Assembly: GCA_963832165.1 (NCBI GenBank)
Contig: CAWHTE010000005.1
Span: forward strand, 288,001-352,000
Direction: 5' to 3'
Source of the DNA: an uncultured delta proteobacterium
GTDB taxonomy: Bacteria > Myxococcota_A > UBA9160 > SMWR01
Length of the DNA stretch: 64,000 bases
Shown: positions 1-12,175 of the stretch, piece after piece
How the letters are laid out: each line of letters starts with the position of its first letter
How positions within the stretch are numbered: the first letter of the stretch is position 1
Made by a program: the position numbers and the translations under genes
Notes under the pieces: generated by a model
Told to the model about the DNA's origin: nothing
The model's input: the letters and a program-made list of their open reading frames with translations, nothing else
Database searches by the model: none

Positions 1-3000
1 GTCGTTCTGGTTGCCGGTCATGCCGAGCCCGAGCCAGTCGGTCACCCAGAGGCGGCCGCTGCCGCCGAGCGCGAGCGCGTCGAGGTCCTCGAAGCCGGGC
101 GTGTACTCGTACTGCGCGACGAGCCAGGCCTCGTCGCCCGAGACGTTCTCGCTGCGCACGAACAGCTGATCGGACACGGTCGACGAGAGCGGCTCGGTGA
201 GCAGGATCCGGCCCTGGAGATAGTCGATGTCGTAGTCGACCGTCGGCTGCAGGTGCACGACGCCCGTCACGAGGCCGGAGTCCTTGTCGCGCACCTCGAT
301 CCGCAGCCGCTCGGAGCCCATCAGGATGTCCTGGCGCCGCAGGAAGTAGAGCGATCCCTCGGTGCCGCGGAACTCCTCGCGGCTCGGCACGGTGCCAGGC
401 TCGGCGGCGAAGCCGTCGATCGCGAGGCGCTGCTCGCCGTACTTCGTGGTCCCGAGCGTCTGGTAGTGGACGTTGCCGCCGTACAGACCGCGGTCGACCT
501 GCACGAGCTCGTTGTCGAGATAGCCGACCTTGAAGTTGCCCCACATCGCGTGGTTCTCGCGCTGGTCGACCTTCACGAAGAACTTGCCGTTGGTCGGGGC
601 GGCCTCCTTCACGGTGCCGTCATCCCCGAACGCCGGGTAGTGGTAGTCGGGATCGATGCGCCGGAACAGCGATTCCGGGGTCTTCTTCACGAAGTCGCTG
701 AACAGGTCTTCGACCGGCTCCTCGCGCGTGTCGGCGCTCGCGGTGAGCTTCCAGGTGTCCCAGAACTTGCCCGTCGTGAAGAACGCGAGTCGGCCGTCCG
801 CGTTGGAGTTCGGGTCGTAGGGCGCGTCGTTGCCCTCGAGCCCGTTCCGGCTCGGCTTGCCCTTCAGGTTCGCCTGCGCCGTGAAGTCGGCGATGCCCAC
901 GTAGAACCAGTCGTTGCGCTTCATCTCGAGGTCGCGCAGGAACAGCTCGCCGTTGCCCGCCTCGTCGAGCACCGCCACTTCGACCGTGTGCATGCCCTGC
1001 GGCAGCACGACCTCGGCGGCGAAGTTCCCGTGCTCGTCCACGGGCACCTGGGCCCCCGCGAGCCACACCGCGTGCTTGGGCGGAATGCCGCGGCCGTGCA
1101 CCGCGACCGTGCCCACGTTGTCGAGCGGGATGTTGCGCGTCGACGGGCCCGTCTCGCCGTAGTTCGCAAGCAGATTGTCCGCGGGCGGCGCGGCACCATC
1201 AGCGCCGTCGGTGCCGTCCGGGCCCGGCTCGGACCCGTCGGCGTACTTCAGCCACAGCGACTGCGGCTGCGTCTCGTCGAAGTGCCCGTCCTTGTCGTAC
1301 GCGCGCAGCACGTAGTGCAGCTCGCGCACAGGCGACGCGAACCACTCCGCGGTCGGCTGCCACTGCGCGTTGCCCTGCGCGTCGACCTCGGCCACCGCGA
1401 GCGGCTCGGCCTGGACCGACTGGCCCTTCTCGAAGATCCGCACCTCGGACCGCTCGATCCAATGCGCGTAGTTCGTGTAGCCCCGGAAGCGCACGGCCGG
1501 TCCCAGATCACCCTCCCCCGCATCCGCGGGCACGGGCGCCGTGATCGGGTCGGACGTCACGGAGAGGCGCGGCACCGCCTTGAGATCGTCGAAGCGGAAC
1601 TGCATCTCCGCGTCTTCGAGCGCCACGTCCGTACAGCGCTGGATGTCGGCCAGGCTGCGACCCGGGTCGTCGATCGGCTCGCCGTCCACGGTGATCCGCA
1701 TCAGGTTCAGCGCGAGCGGGTCCTTCGCCTCGAGCTCGCGGGTCATCGGCGTGACCTCGACGCCCTCGTAGTCGTCGATCAGCGCGAGATCGTCGTAGAC
1801 GACCTGCACCACCACGTAGGAGGTCTCGCCCTGCACGAAGCCCGCGTTCACCACATCGTCGGACTGTACGTAGCCGCGTCCCTCGTGCTCGGCCTGCGCG
1901 TCGGGCAGCGATAGGTCGGTCTTGATCCGGTCCATCGCGCGGCGCGCGCGTGCAGCCGAGAGGCCGACGTCGTCGCCGTACACGGACGCGGTGCGCCGGT
2001 CGAGCCGCTCGTTCCGCGTGTAGCCGATGAAGCGCAGGCGCGCGTGGGTCTTGTCCGCGACGTCGCCGAGCGCGCGCCGCAACACTTCTCCGTAGCCGGC
2101 CGGCACCTGCGCCTCGCCGTGCGCATCGACCTGCAGCGGCTCGATCGGGCCCCACGGCGGGTCATAGACCACGGTGACGAGGTCGGCGCCCGCCGCATCC
2201 GGGCAGATCTGGGGCTCGGTGGGCAGATCCGCGAGCGGATCGTCGTACCAGAACTCCACCTCCACGCGGCGGTTCAGCGCGCGACCGCGGTCGGTCTGGT
2301 TGGACGCGATCGGTCGGCTCGCGCCGCGGCCGTCGCTCGCGATCGCCGCCGTCGGCAGCGCAAGCGCGTCCTTCACCGCGAGCGCGGCCCGGTGGCCCAG
2401 CGCCTTCGAGAGCGCCAGATGCGTGCCGTAGATGCGCTCGGCACGGCCCTGGAGCGGCGCGTCATCGGTGTACCCGATGAACTTGACCGCGACGTGTTGC
2501 TTGTCGCGCAGGTCGTGCAGCGCCTGCTTGATCTGGGCGACGAACTCCTGCGTGACCTGGACGTTCTCCTCGCCCGCGTGCAGCGGCGGAATCAGATTCT
2601 TCACGCGCGCGCGCCGGGCGTGGCCCTCCTGATAGCGGAGCTTGCACACCGTCTCGGTGCGGCAGACCTTGACGCGCTTGATCTCTTCCTTGACGAGCAC
2701 GTCCTCGACCGAGGACGCCTCCTCCATCTGGTCGTACCAGACCTCGACCTCGACGCGCCGGTTCAGCGCGCGACCTTCCTCGGTCGCATTCGTCGCGATC
2801 GGCTGGGTGTCGCCCGCCCAGTCGAACGAGATCGCCTCGGGCGGCAGACCGAGCGCGGTCTGGAGGAACTCCGCGACCTCGCCTGCGCGCTCGCGCGACA
2901 GACCCTGGTTGTCGCCGAACACACCGGACAGCGCGGGCGACAGCGGCTGGTCGTCGGCGTGGCCCACCAGGTGCAACCGCACGTTGGGAAGGTCGTGCAT

Positions 3001-6000
3001 GCTGTCGAGCACGCTGCGCAGCTTCGCGATGTAGCTCTGCGGAATCTGCGCGACGCCCGACTCGAAGCGGATCGCCGGCACGATGCCCTTGAGCTTCACG
3101 ATCTTCGCGTGCTCGGTCGTGACTTCCTGCTTCTCGAACCGGTCGCCGAGCTGGTTCTCGAGCGTCTCCGGGTCCTGCGACCAGGTCTGGAACGGCGTGT
3201 CGCCCGACATCTGCCGCTCGACCGAGTTGCCCGGCGTCGTTTCGAGCAGCGGCGGACCCGCATCGACCGACGGCAGCTGCGGCGGGCCTGCGTCGACCGA
3301 CGGCAACAGCGACCCGAGCGCGCCGGCCGTGGTTCCGGCCGGGGCCGCGGGCGGACCGCCGCGGCGCCAGAAGATCTCGACTTCGATCGTGAGCGGGCCG
3401 CGGTTCTTGGCGGCCCACGCCTCGGCGATCATCTGCTTCACGACCGCCACGCGCTCGTCGACGAGCGAGGCGTCCTCGACGTCGGCGATGTAGGACAGGC
3501 GCAGGATCGCCTCGCCCTTCGCGAGCTCCTCGATCAGCAGGTCGACGCGCGGCTTCCACTGCTCGCGCATCACGGTCGAGTTCGGCTCGAACACCGGGTC
3601 CGCGAGGTCCATGCCGACCACGCGCCCGATCGCCGCGCCGAAGTGGAACGGCAGCACCTTGCCGCGCGTGGCGCGCTGCACCTGGACCTGGCGCGTCGTC
3701 ATGCGGTAGCCGCTCGGCAGCGAGCGGTCGTCGAGCTTGAGCACGAAGTTGCTGCCGCGGCCCTCGCGCGGAACCACGGCGCACGTGATGTGGAAGCGGC
3801 CGTGCGGATCGGTCGACGCGACGAGGCCGCGCGCCGTTACGAGCCGGACGCCCGGGAGGCCGCGCTCGGACTTGTCCTGCTCGCCGTTGCGGTTGCCGTC
3901 GTCGAAAACCTTGCCGATCACGTCGGTGCAGTCGAAGGTCGGATCCGGCACGACGCGCACGGTGGCGAACGCCTCGCCCGAGTACGGCACGCCGGCCGTT
4001 CCCGAGAGCGCCTGCGCCCGGTTGGTGAACTCGCCCTCGGTGACGCCACCGCCCACTGCGAGCACGAGCTGCAGTGTGCGATGCGAGAGACCGGGCAGGC
4101 CGCCGAAGTTGCTGAACACCAGATCGCGGCCGTTGATCGTGGGCTCGTTCGGCACGCCGTCGATCCGGCCCGACCCTTCGACGTAGTGGAAGCCGGCCGG
4201 GAAGCGGTCGAGCAGGATCAGGTCGGTGAGATCCGGCGCGAGCGCGTTGGTCACCACGATCTCGTACGGCACGAGCTGACCGCGGTTCACGTTCAGGAGC
4301 GGCGTGGTCTTCGTGATCGAGACGAGGCCGTCGATCACGGGATCGATCGGGATGTGGTTGTTGAAGAGCTGCGCCGAGCCCTCGCCTGCGCTGTTGTCGA
4401 GCGTGAAGTGCAGGTAGTAGGTCGTGGCCTCGGCGGGCTGCGGGCGCGGTCGTCTGGAACTGCGCTTCGCAGAACGCGAGCGTCGCGGGAACGGCGTCGC
4501 TCGGGCCGCCCGGGCACGTCGGCACCGAGAACGCGGCCGTCGACTGGTCCGTGGTCGGCGGGATGATCGTCGAAACGCCGGGGCCGAAGGCGCTGCCCGG
4601 GGGCGTCACCGCGAGCAGGAACGCACCACCGGGCGGGCACGACCCATCGGAGAAGTTCACGTCGAACTTGTAGAAGCCGTTGGCCAGCGTCACCTGGCCC
4701 TGCTGCACCGGATCCACGAAGCAGCTCGCCGACAGCGGCGTGCCGCCCAGCGTCGTCATCGTCACGGTGGCACCCGCCACGGGCGTGCGCGGAAGCGCGC
4801 TGTACACCACGCCGTTGGGGTCGATCGGCAGGTTCAGGTTCTGCAGGTTGGCGCCCGAGGTCACCACGATGGCGGTGATCTGCTGCGGACCGTTCGTGAA
4901 CGGCGAGTCCGCGATGCCCAGCGACGCGGTGTTCGCGCCTGCGCCCGGAGCGCGGAAGCGCAGCGCGTACTGGTCGCCGTTCACGTCGTTGGGCGGCACG
5001 GAGCCGAACTGGTAGGCGCCGTTCGCATCCGTGAGCACGGTCGCGAGCACCGAGCCGTTCCGGAGCAGCTCGACGGTCCAGCCCGGCAAGCAGGCGCGCG
5101 CTGTCGATCACGTTGTCGAAGTTGAAGTCGTGCCAGACCGTGCCGCTGAGCACGCCCACGCCCGGGGTCGTGCCCACGACGATCGTCACGCTCGCGGTGA
5201 GCTGCTGCGGGGGCGTGTTCCAGTCCACGACGCCCGTGTTGGTCACGGGCGTTCCGTTCGGGGCGTTGATCACGGCGCGGAAGCGCAGCACCGCGGACGC
5301 ACCCGGCGCGAGCGATCCGTACGTGCCGTCGTAGTCGGCCGTGATCAGGGAGCCCACCACCGAGACGCCGCCCGTGTTGCCGTTGAGCGTGGCCGACCCG
5401 GCCACGAGGGTGAGCGCACCCGGCGGGGGGTTCGCGTCGAGGTCGTCGCTCAGCACCACGTCGACCGCGGGCACCGACGACACGTTCGTCACGCGCACGA
5501 CGTACTCGAGCGTCGAGCCCGTGAGCGCGGCGCCGCCGCCGACCACCGCGACCGTCTTGGTGATCGTGAGCGCCTGCGTATCGCCCACCACCACCACGGT
5601 CGGCTCGGGCCCGGTCGCGGGGTTGCCGTCGCCATCCGTGGGCAGGTTCGGGAGCTGGTCGCTCGCCACGATGGCCTGGTTGCTGATCAGCGTGCCCGAC
5701 GCCACGCCCGCGTTCACCTGGAGCAGGAACTGGATCACGGCGCTCTCGCCCGGCGCGAGATCCGGGATCGCGATGCCCCCCGCGAGCGGCGAGACGCCGC
5801 CATCGGGCTGGCCCACGGGCGAGCCGTTCAACGTGGTGGTATCGGCGAGGTAGGTCGTGTTCGCGGGAACGCTGTCCGTCACCGTGAGGCCGGTCGCCGT
5901 GACCGCACCCGTGTTGTAGACGGTGATCGTGTAGCGGAGCGTGTCGAGCGGATCGACGATTCCCTGCGACCCGCCGTCGATCGCGATCGCCACCGACTTC

Positions 6001-9000
6001 GGCGCGAACAGGAGCGGCACCGCGCCCACCACGTCGCGCGTGGGATCGTCCGCAACGGCGGTGTCCGGATCGTCCGAGGGCTGGTCGAACACCTGGACCG
6101 CGGGCGCATCCACGAAGCCCTGGTTCGAGATCACCGTGCCGTCGACCGCGCCCGCAGCCACCACCACGTCGAACACGATCGTGGCGACGTTGCTGGTGGT
6201 CGTGGACCCGTCGGCGCGCATCGCGCCCGGCGTGGGATTCTCGGGCGCATGGATCAGGATGCCCGCGGCGAGCGGCGAGCTGCCGCCGGGTCCATCCGGC
6301 ACCGCAGTGCCGTTGAGGGTCGTGCTGCCGGCGACGTAGGTCGTGTTCGCGGGCACGGCGTCGCGCAGCGCGGCGTCGGTCGCGTTCGCGGTGCCGATGT
6401 TCTTGACCGTGATCGTGTAGCGCAGCGTCTCGCCCGCGAGCAGCACGTTCGGGTCGCCCGTGAGATCGGTGGAGATCTTCTGGACGCGGAACACCGCGCC
6501 CGAGGCGATCGTCAGCACCGTGGGATCCTCGTCGCCGGACACGAACGGATCGGACGGGCCGTTCGGGACCGGGTCGTCGCTGACCGTGAACGGGCTTCCG
6601 TTGATGCTCAGCGCGGACTGGTTCGTCACGAGCGTGCCGTTCGAGATCGGCGACGCGAGCTGGACCTCGAACTCGAGCACCACGGTCGCGCCAGCCGCCA
6701 CGCTGATGTTCCGCACGTCCACGACGCCCGTGCCCCGCGCGCCGCCCGTGGCGCTCGTATTGCTGATATCCGCACCCGGGGGAACGTTCACGAGTACGAG
6801 CGTGCTGGGCTCGAACAGCGGGTCGGGGGTGTTCAGGCGATCGAGCTCGTCGAAGATCGCGAGGTTCGTGAGCGCGGCGCCGCTCTGATTGACGAACCGC
6901 ACGGTGTAGCGCAGCAGGTCGCCCGGCGAGGCGGCCGTGGCCGGATTCGCACCGCTCGTCACGTCCATCACGGTCTTCTCGAACAGATAGGCCGGGATTC
7001 CGACCGTGACGGTGTGCGCGTCCTCGTGGTCGAGCGCGAGGGGAGTGCCATCCGTGATCGTGCGCGTGAACTCGCGCCGGCTCGGCGCCGCGGCGGCCGC
7101 GCTGAACCACTGCACCGCGCCCGCGATGTTCGTGAGCCCGGCGCCGTTCTGGCCGCCCGCGTCGAGCACCGTCTGATAGGTGACGATCAGCCGCTGATCG
7201 GAGCCGACCACGGCGGCCGCCGACAGCATGGTGAGCGTGAGCTCGCAGGTCGGATCGCCCGCGAACGACGCGCTGAAGTCCGTTCCCTGGACGAGGGCAC
7301 CCGAGACCGGCGTCGTGCCATCGGCCTCGAACACGCGCGCGGTGATCGCCGTGGGCGGCGCATCGCAGGTGCCGCCGCCGGCCGTGTTCGGCAGCAGGTC
7401 GAGGACCTGTAGATTCCACGCGGGGCCCGTGCCCGTATTGTGCGCATCGAGCGTGAACGTCCCGGGCGTGCCCGGAGACATCGAGACGGGGCCGCTCTTC
7501 TCGAGCGTCATCGCGTCGGGCCCGACGATCGTCATGGGCGGCGTGGTGTCGGGGAGACCGGGCTGCTGACTCAGCGGACTGCCGTTGGTCAGGTTGAACG
7601 TGTAGTCGGCCGTGTTCGTGAACTGGAGCCCGGTCACGTTCGTGGGCGTGTCGAGCAGCCGCACCGTGATCGCGATCGTGACCTGCTCGCCAGCCGGGAT
7701 GTCGATCCCGATCGCGGGGTCCTCGATCACGAGATTCGTCGGCGTTCCCGTGTTCACGGGGGTCGTCCAGGCGCCCGAGCCCGAGACCTTGGCCGCAGAG
7801 ACGAATGCGAGGTCGGCCGCCGACGCGTCGAGATCATCGGTGATCCGCACGTCGTACATCGGATGCGGGACCGGCGTCGCAGGAACCGTGATCTGGTAGG
7901 TGAACGTCTCGCCGATGGCGGCGGTCGCCTGCGTGTTGTTCTTGTCGAGTACGGTCGGCGCTGGTGTCCCGATCACGATGCGGGTCGGATCCTCGTCTCC
8001 ATCGACGTCGGGATCGGCCTGGCCGTTGATGTTGGGGTCGTCGCTGTCCGCGATCTTGGCCGGCGGCGGCGGCGAGTTGCGCATCAGGTCGGCCTGGTTC
8101 AACACCACCGTGCCGTTGGGAATGCCCCCGGCCAGATCGATCTCGAACTGGACCTGCACCTGGCTGTTGGCCGGGATGTCGATGTCGCGGATATCGAGGA
8201 GGCCGGCGCCGCTGGTGCCGCCGTTCGGATTCGAGAAGTTCGTGGCGCCCGGCGGCAGGCTGCCGACGATCGTGAGCGATCCGGGCACGAACACCGCGGT
8301 CGGGTTCATCGCACCGAGGTCGTCCTGGAACCCGATGTTGTTCAGCGGGACGTTCGTGCTCTGCAGGCGCAGCGTGTAGCGCAGCCGCTCGCCCGGGAGC
8401 GCCGTCGCGGCCGGGTTCACCCCCGTGGTGACGTTCGCGACCGACTTCTCGAAGAAGTAGCCGAACAGCTCCGCCGTGACGGTATGGGCGTCCTGGTGGT
8501 CGGGAAGCGCTGGAGTGCCGTCCGTGACGATGCGGTCGAATTGGATCCGGTTCGCGTTGCTGTCGTCGTCGTTGAACCACTGCGTGGCGCCCGTGATGTT
8601 CGTGAGTGGGGTGCCATCCGCGGTGTCGGGATCGAGCTGGGTCCGGTACGTGAGGATCAGCCGCTCGTTCGGGCCGATCGCGGCCGCCGCCGTGAGCATC
8701 GTGAGCGTGAGCTCACAGGTGGGTGCGCCCGCAAAGCCGAACGTGTAGTCGACGCCCTGCGTGAGCGGTCCCTTGCCCGGCACGGGCGTCGTGCCGTCGG
8801 CGGCGAACACGCGCGCGGAGAGGATCTCCGGCGTCACGCTGCACATGCCACCGCTCGCAACGTCCGGCAGCCGGTCGACGATCGTGACGTCCCACGCGGG
8901 AACGAGCCCCGTGTTCTGGAGGTCGAGTCCGAACGTGCCCCACTCGCCGAGGTTGAGCGTGCGCCCGAGCGTCGCGGGACCCGTCTTCGTCATCACGAGC

Positions 9001-9881
9001 GCCGGCGACGAGATCGTCATCGGCGGCGTGACGCCCCACTCGCCCGGCAGCGGCTCGTAGAACACGCCGTCGATCAGGCGTCCGAAGTGCCACTTCGCGG
9101 TGTTGATGAACTGCGTGCCCGGAGCATTCTGGGGGACGTCGTTCAGCACCACCGTGATCTCGATGACGAACTGCGTATCTGCCGGGATGACCGGGAAGTT
9201 GCTGAATGTGAGGAAGCCACCCGCGTTGCTGAACGTGTGCGGAACCGGCGCGCCGCCGTCGAGGTAGGTGGCGGTGTGACTCACATAGGTGAGGCTCGCG
9301 CCCGTCGCGTTGAGATCGTCCGTGACCGTGATGCTGTGGAGGTCGTTGGGCGAGCCCTGGTCGTCGACCACGACCTGGCCCGCCGGGTCGAACAGGATCG
9401 GGATCCGCAGCGAGTAGGTGAACGGTACTCCGATCGACGCGACCGGCGGGCCCGGCGGGTTGTCCTTGTCGATCTTCTCGACCGGGATGAACAGGTTCTG
9501 GCAGTTCGCGTGGATGCCGCTCGACGAGCCGTTCACGAACCAGATCTTGTGGCCCAGCACCCGGTTGCAGGACATCTGGCCGGTGTGCACGACGTTGTCG
9601 AAGATGATCAGCCACCGCTCATCCTGCTGGCCAGGCTGCGTGAAGAAGCTGAAGTTCGTCGACATGCCGCCCGGGTAGTTCCGGATCGTGCAGTTGCCCG
9701 AGATGTTGATCTGGGAGGGAGCCGGATCGCCCGCAAAGCCGTCGTACACGTCGGGATCGCCGGGGCCTCCGCAATCCGCCGCGTTCGCCGGAAGAGCCGC
9801 GCCCAGCAGCAATGCGCTGGCGAACAGTGCGCCTAGCGCCCTGCTCAGCGTCCCCCCACCCAACCCACCGCGCCCGAACAT
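1..9881 (-). CDS. Giant surface/outer-membrane protein: signal peptide, DUF11/isopeptide-type Ig-like repeats, SdrD-B-like domains, about 3 OmpA-like domains and a probable C-terminal beta-barrel region; 3' end runs off the window; two apparent frameshifts (~5095, ~4430)
   Basis: ATG 9881 follows GAGGGG; N-terminus MFGRGGLGGGTLSRALGALFASALLLGAALPANA-ADC is a signal peptide. ORF 4335..9983 has repeated K...G..LRYTI...N modules. The protein continues in the 2462..5089 frame (LPGWTVELLRNG...), then in a third frame read by hand from ~4430 to base 1 (TTYYLHFTLDNS...FDCTDVIGKVFDDGNRNG...VGHADDQPL...GRALNRRVEVEVWY...IGYTDDAPL...GRALNRRVEVEFWY...YDIDYLQGRILL). Confidence 0.85.
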
Positions 9882-9956
9882 CCAACCCCTCGTTCCACCA
9901 CCGCGAGACGCGCGCAAATGCCAGTGCAGAACGAGGCAGCCCACCGAATCGGGCCT

Positions 9957-10053
9957 CGATTCTTTTGGCGGTCCCGCTGTCATCGAGCCTGGGCCCGGAA
10001 GACCGGAGACTTTGCGTCGCCACCTTTCGGTGGGTTTGCCTTTGTCTGAATCG
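9957..10053 (-). ncRNA. c-di-GMP-I (GEMM-I) riboswitch
   Basis: Minus strand reads CGAUUCAGACAAAGGCAAACCCACCGAAAGGUGGCGACGCAAAGUCUCCGGUCUUCCGGGCCCAGGCUCGAUGACAGCGGGACCGCCAAAAGAAUCG. It shows GGCAAAC, a P2 with GAAA tetraloop, the GACGCAAAG junction, P3 CCGGUCU...GACAGCGGG and P1 CGAUUC/GAAUCG. It lies 76 nt upstream of the giant gene. Confidence 0.92.
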
Positions 10054-10114
10054 TTACGGGCCTTTTGGACCCGCTATGTCATCAGAAAACCACGGCCGAC
10101 CGCCGTTTGACCCC

Positions 10115-10136
10115 CGTGACGTGCGACACAATATTG
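10115..10136. promoter_or_regulatory. CRP/FNR-family-like binding box, copy 1
   Basis: CGTGACGTGCGACACAATATTG contains CGTGA-N6-ACACA (8/10 to TGTGA-N6-TCACA) and is 19/22 identical to 20194..20215. Confidence 0.55.
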
Positions 10137-10161
10137 CGATTAGTTAGGTCGACCGATCCGC

Positions 10162-11547
10162 CTAGCCCGCCGGCAGGAAGTCGATCGGGTAGAGGATCGA
10201 AACCGTTCCCACGTCCTTCGCACCGAAGTCGAAGGCCCGCACGCGCGCGACTACCTGCGCGGCCAGATCCGGCGCCCGCATGTCGGAGCCCTTCAGCTGG
10301 CACAGCGAGACGCTGCCGTTCGGCTCGATCGTCAGGCGCAGGATCATCTGCCCGCGCAGCGTCGGATCGCGCCGCAGCTCGCGGTTGTAGAGGCGATAGA
10401 GCTCCGCCTTGTGGCGGTCGAACACGATCTGGATCTCCTCGTCGGTGCGACCGGCCTTGGCGCCCGTGCCCAGGCCCGTGCCCGAGTCGCCGCGCCCGCC
10501 GCCTCCACCCGCGATCGTGCTCGTCGCGCGCGCGATCTGGACGCCCTGGATCGATCCGGAGCCTCCACCGCTGCCGCCCGAGTTCACGCCGCGCGAGAGC
10601 GACGCGAGGTTGATGCCTCCGCTCGAGCCGGGCGCCTGACTCGTGATCATCGAGCGCTGGACGGCGCCGCTCTCCGCGCCCGCGTTGGTCAGGTTGGCGG
10701 CCGCGCCGAGCCGCGCGAGCTGCTGATTCACCTTGATTCCGGACAGCTGCTCCTTGAACGCGAGCAGACCCTTGGCCGGACCTTCGCTGGGGCCCTCGGT
10801 CTTGCCCTTGCCGGGCCCGGTGTCCTTCTTGGCCGGCTCGGGAACGGTCTCGTCCGCGATCAGCTTCTTCTCGTCCGGGACCTGCTGCACGGGCGGCGGC
10901 GGCGGCGGAAGCGGCCGCGCCTTCGTCATCAGGCGCACCACGTTGTCCGGCAGCGGGGGGAGCGCATCGGGCTCGAGCAGCGGAATCTCGACCAGCGGGA
11001 TCACGAGCATGAGCAGCAAGGTGATCGCCAGGTTCGTTCCCATGTTCTTGCGGAAACGCTGGTCGGCCTCGTCGCCGCGCGACCACGGCATCACGATCGG
11101 GTGATAGGGAAGCTCGCTGGGGTTGCGGTCGACCTCCCACTCTTCGAGCCGCCGGAGCTCCTGCTCCTGCGCCTCGCGCACATCGTCGGCGATCCAATCC
11201 GCGGCGTCCTGCTGGCGCAGAACCTCCTCGAGCACCTCCTGGCGACGCTCCTCGATCTCGTCGATGCGCTTCTCGAAGCCCGCCACATGGCTGCGCACCC
11301 GCATCAGGAGCTGACTGCTGGCGGCCTCGCGCTCGCCCCAGAAGAGGCCGGCGCCGCCGAGCTCGGAGAGCTCCTCGAGCGCGCCGCACGCGGCGCTCAT
11401 GAGCTGGTGCTGCCTGCGCTCGGTGGACAGCGCCTCGAGCTCACCATCGATCGCGCGCAGGTTGCCCGCGAGACCGTCGAGCTTCTCCTGCGCCTCGGCA
11501 AGCTGTGCGAGGAGCGCCTGTTGATCTTGGCCGGTTACGGAGTCCAT
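10162..11547 (-). CDS. TonB-like energy transducer with AgmX/PglI C-terminal domain (GltG-like)
   Basis: 461 aa: N-terminal coiled coil, one TM segment, Pro-rich linker (PLPPPPPPV), Gly-rich spacer and a C-terminal RTDEEIQIVFDRHKAELYRLYNRELRRDPTLRGQMILRLTIEPNGSV TonB-C-like domain. Confidence 0.85.
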   Translation of the reverse strand: MDSVTGQDQQALLAQLAEAQEKLDGLAGNLRAIDGELEALSTERRQHQLMSAACGALEELSELGGAGLFWGEREAASSQLLMRVRSHVAGFEKRIDEIEERRQEVLEEVLRQQDAADWIADDVREAQEQELRRLEEWEVDRNPSELPYHPIVMPWSRGDEADQRFRKNMGTNLAITLLLMLVIPLVEIPLLEPDALPPLPDNVVRLMTKARPLPPPPPPVQQVPDEKKLIADETVPEPAKKDTGPGKGKTEGPSEGPAKGLLAFKEQLSGIKVNQQLARLGAAANLTNAGAESGAVQRSMITSQAPGSSGGINLASLSRGVNSGGSGGGSGSIQGVQIARATSTIAGGGGGRGDSGTGLGTGAKAGRTDEEIQIVFDRHKAELYRLYNRELRRDPTLRGQMILRLTIEPNGSVSLCQLKGSDMRAPDLAAQVVARVRAFDFGAKDVGTVSILYPIDFLPAG

Positions 11548-11604
11548 GGATCACCTAGATCTGGAAGTGTCTTGATATGCGTTCAACACCGGACGACGCC
11601 GGCG

Positions 11605-12132
11605 CTAGGCCGACTCGAGGCTCGCAACGGAGACCGGCTCGTCCTTCCGAATGACCGCGAGCGAGATCTTCCCGTAGGCGGCGGCAGTGCACGTCGCCAT
11701 CACCTTCTTCACCACGTCGTACGGCAGGGATTTGTCTCCCATCACCGTGATCTCGCGCGACGCGATGTCCTCTTCGGTCACGGGCGCACCGCCCGCGACC
11801 ATCGGCCGCTCGAGCACAGCCCGGAGCGGCGCGATCAGCTGCGTCTCGGCGTGGAGCACGTCCTCGACGTTCGCGACGAGCTCGCCCTGCACGAAGATCT
11901 GGTCCTTCGTGATCATCACGACCACGGACTGCTTCGGCAGCTCTTCCGCGACCGAGTGGGGAACCTCGACGCCCTTGCTGTTCTGGATCACCTCGACGTC
12001 GGCCGAGTACACGAGCAGGAACGCCACCATCACCGACATGATGTCGATCATCGGGATCAGGTTCAGCTCCGTCTCCGTGTGGTGGCTGCGGTCCTTCGCC
12101 ACGTTGCGGCGCGCGATGTTCAGAATGCTCAT
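11605..12132 (-). CDS. ExbD/TolR family protein (AglS-like)
   Basis: ELNLIPMIDIMSVMVAFLL TM with conserved Asp; GDKSLPYDVVKKVMATC. Confidence 0.9.
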   Translation of the reverse strand: MSILNIARRNVAKDRSHHTETELNLIPMIDIMSVMVAFLLVYSADVEVIQNSKGVEVPHSVAEELPKQSVVVMITKDQIFVQGELVANVEDVLHAETQLIAPLRAVLERPMVAGGAPVTEEDIASREITVMGDKSLPYDVVKKVMATCTAAAYGKISLAVIRKDEPVSVASLESA

Positions 12133-12175
12133 CGGGGTGTTTCTCCGTTGCTGTTCGCCGTGGGGGAGTGAAACG

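Noticed and set aside
253..9836. Long plus-strand ORFs (253..1914, 2044..4566, 5031..7412, 7440..9836)
   Set aside because: Antisense shadows of the giant minus-strand gene, expected in high-GC DNA; Arg/Val/His-rich with no motifs.
9957..10053. Possible 3',3'-cGAMP (GEMM-Ib) specificity
   Set aside because: The position equivalent to Vc2 nucleotide 20 is G, not A; c-di-GMP is favoured, though only a binding assay is decisive.
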